Shown here piece by piece: positions 63,382-64,000 of a stretch of DNA of 64,000 bases. Origin of the DNA: Octopus sinensis (taxonomy: Eukaryota); assembly GCF_006345805.1 (NCBI RefSeq), contig NC_043013.1:33170001-33234000 (forward strand), written 5' to 3'. The translations under genes and the position numbers were made by a program. Positions within the stretch are counted from its first letter, which is position 1; every line of letters starts with the position of its first letter. The notes beneath the pieces were generated by a model. It saw only the letters and a list, made by a program, of their open reading frames with translations. It did not search any database and was not told where the DNA came from.

Positions 63382-63536
63382 GTATATACATATATATATA
63401 TACATCTATATATACATATATACACACATACATATATACATACAGTCAGACATACATATATCTATATCCATATCTAAATATATATATATAAATATATCTA
63501 CGTATATCTATGTGTATATTTATGTACGTATATCTG

Positions 63537-63604
<68 letters not shown>

Positions 63605-64000
63605 CCTATAACTTTGTTTGTATATATATACATACTTATATTGTGTGTGACCGCGTAAGCGTATATATATGAATATCTAAACATTCTAACGGATATATAA
63701 AGCGTGTATCTGAAATTTTGTTTCCTTATTCGTGCTATAAGAAATTCACAAATATATATTTGTGTGCGCATGTCTATGGTTCTGTGTATCCGAGTTTACT
63801 ATTGTATAATATCAATTATATACAATACTAGACATACGAAATATTATTAAATACGTGTATGTGTTAGTATTTATAAGTACATATATGCACACTTATAAAA
63901 TAATAAATCTTTGCACATACATAGACGAACAGACGCATTACGCACCGGTTCACACACATATACGTATATGTATATACGTGGATATGTTTATAGACAGACA

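Overview
AT-rich eukaryotic DNA dominated by repeats, with no confidently intact host gene. The repeat landscape (dense (TA)n/(CA)n/(TATC)n/(AAT)n microsatellites, several tRNA-derived SINE families, RTE, Tx1, R4/Dong and Penelope-like retroelements, mariners, non-autonomous Helitrons) suggests a cephalopod, probably Octopus, intron or intergenic region; the species assignment is inference. Nearly all ORFs in the supplied track are microsatellite artefacts or decayed transposon fragments. There is one 100-N gap (15005-15104). The most notable signal is a set of minimal type I hammerhead ribozyme (HHR) motifs in short Penelope-associated repeats. Their core 3:8 base pair covaries between different elements: C3:G8 at 14.7 kb and 18.2 kb, U3:A8 at 3.7, 40.4 and 50.5 kb, and a fully swapped G3:C8 at 53.4 kb. 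Other highlights are a palindromic tRNA-like head apparently joined to an HHR-bearing tail and split by an (AAT)n-targeting Dong LINE, a Dong element with a twin-priming-type 5' inversion, and a Tx1 APE fragment that a single 13-bp duplication keeps out of frame with a Penelope GIY-YIG domain. All structures were read by eye; none has been computed or searched.
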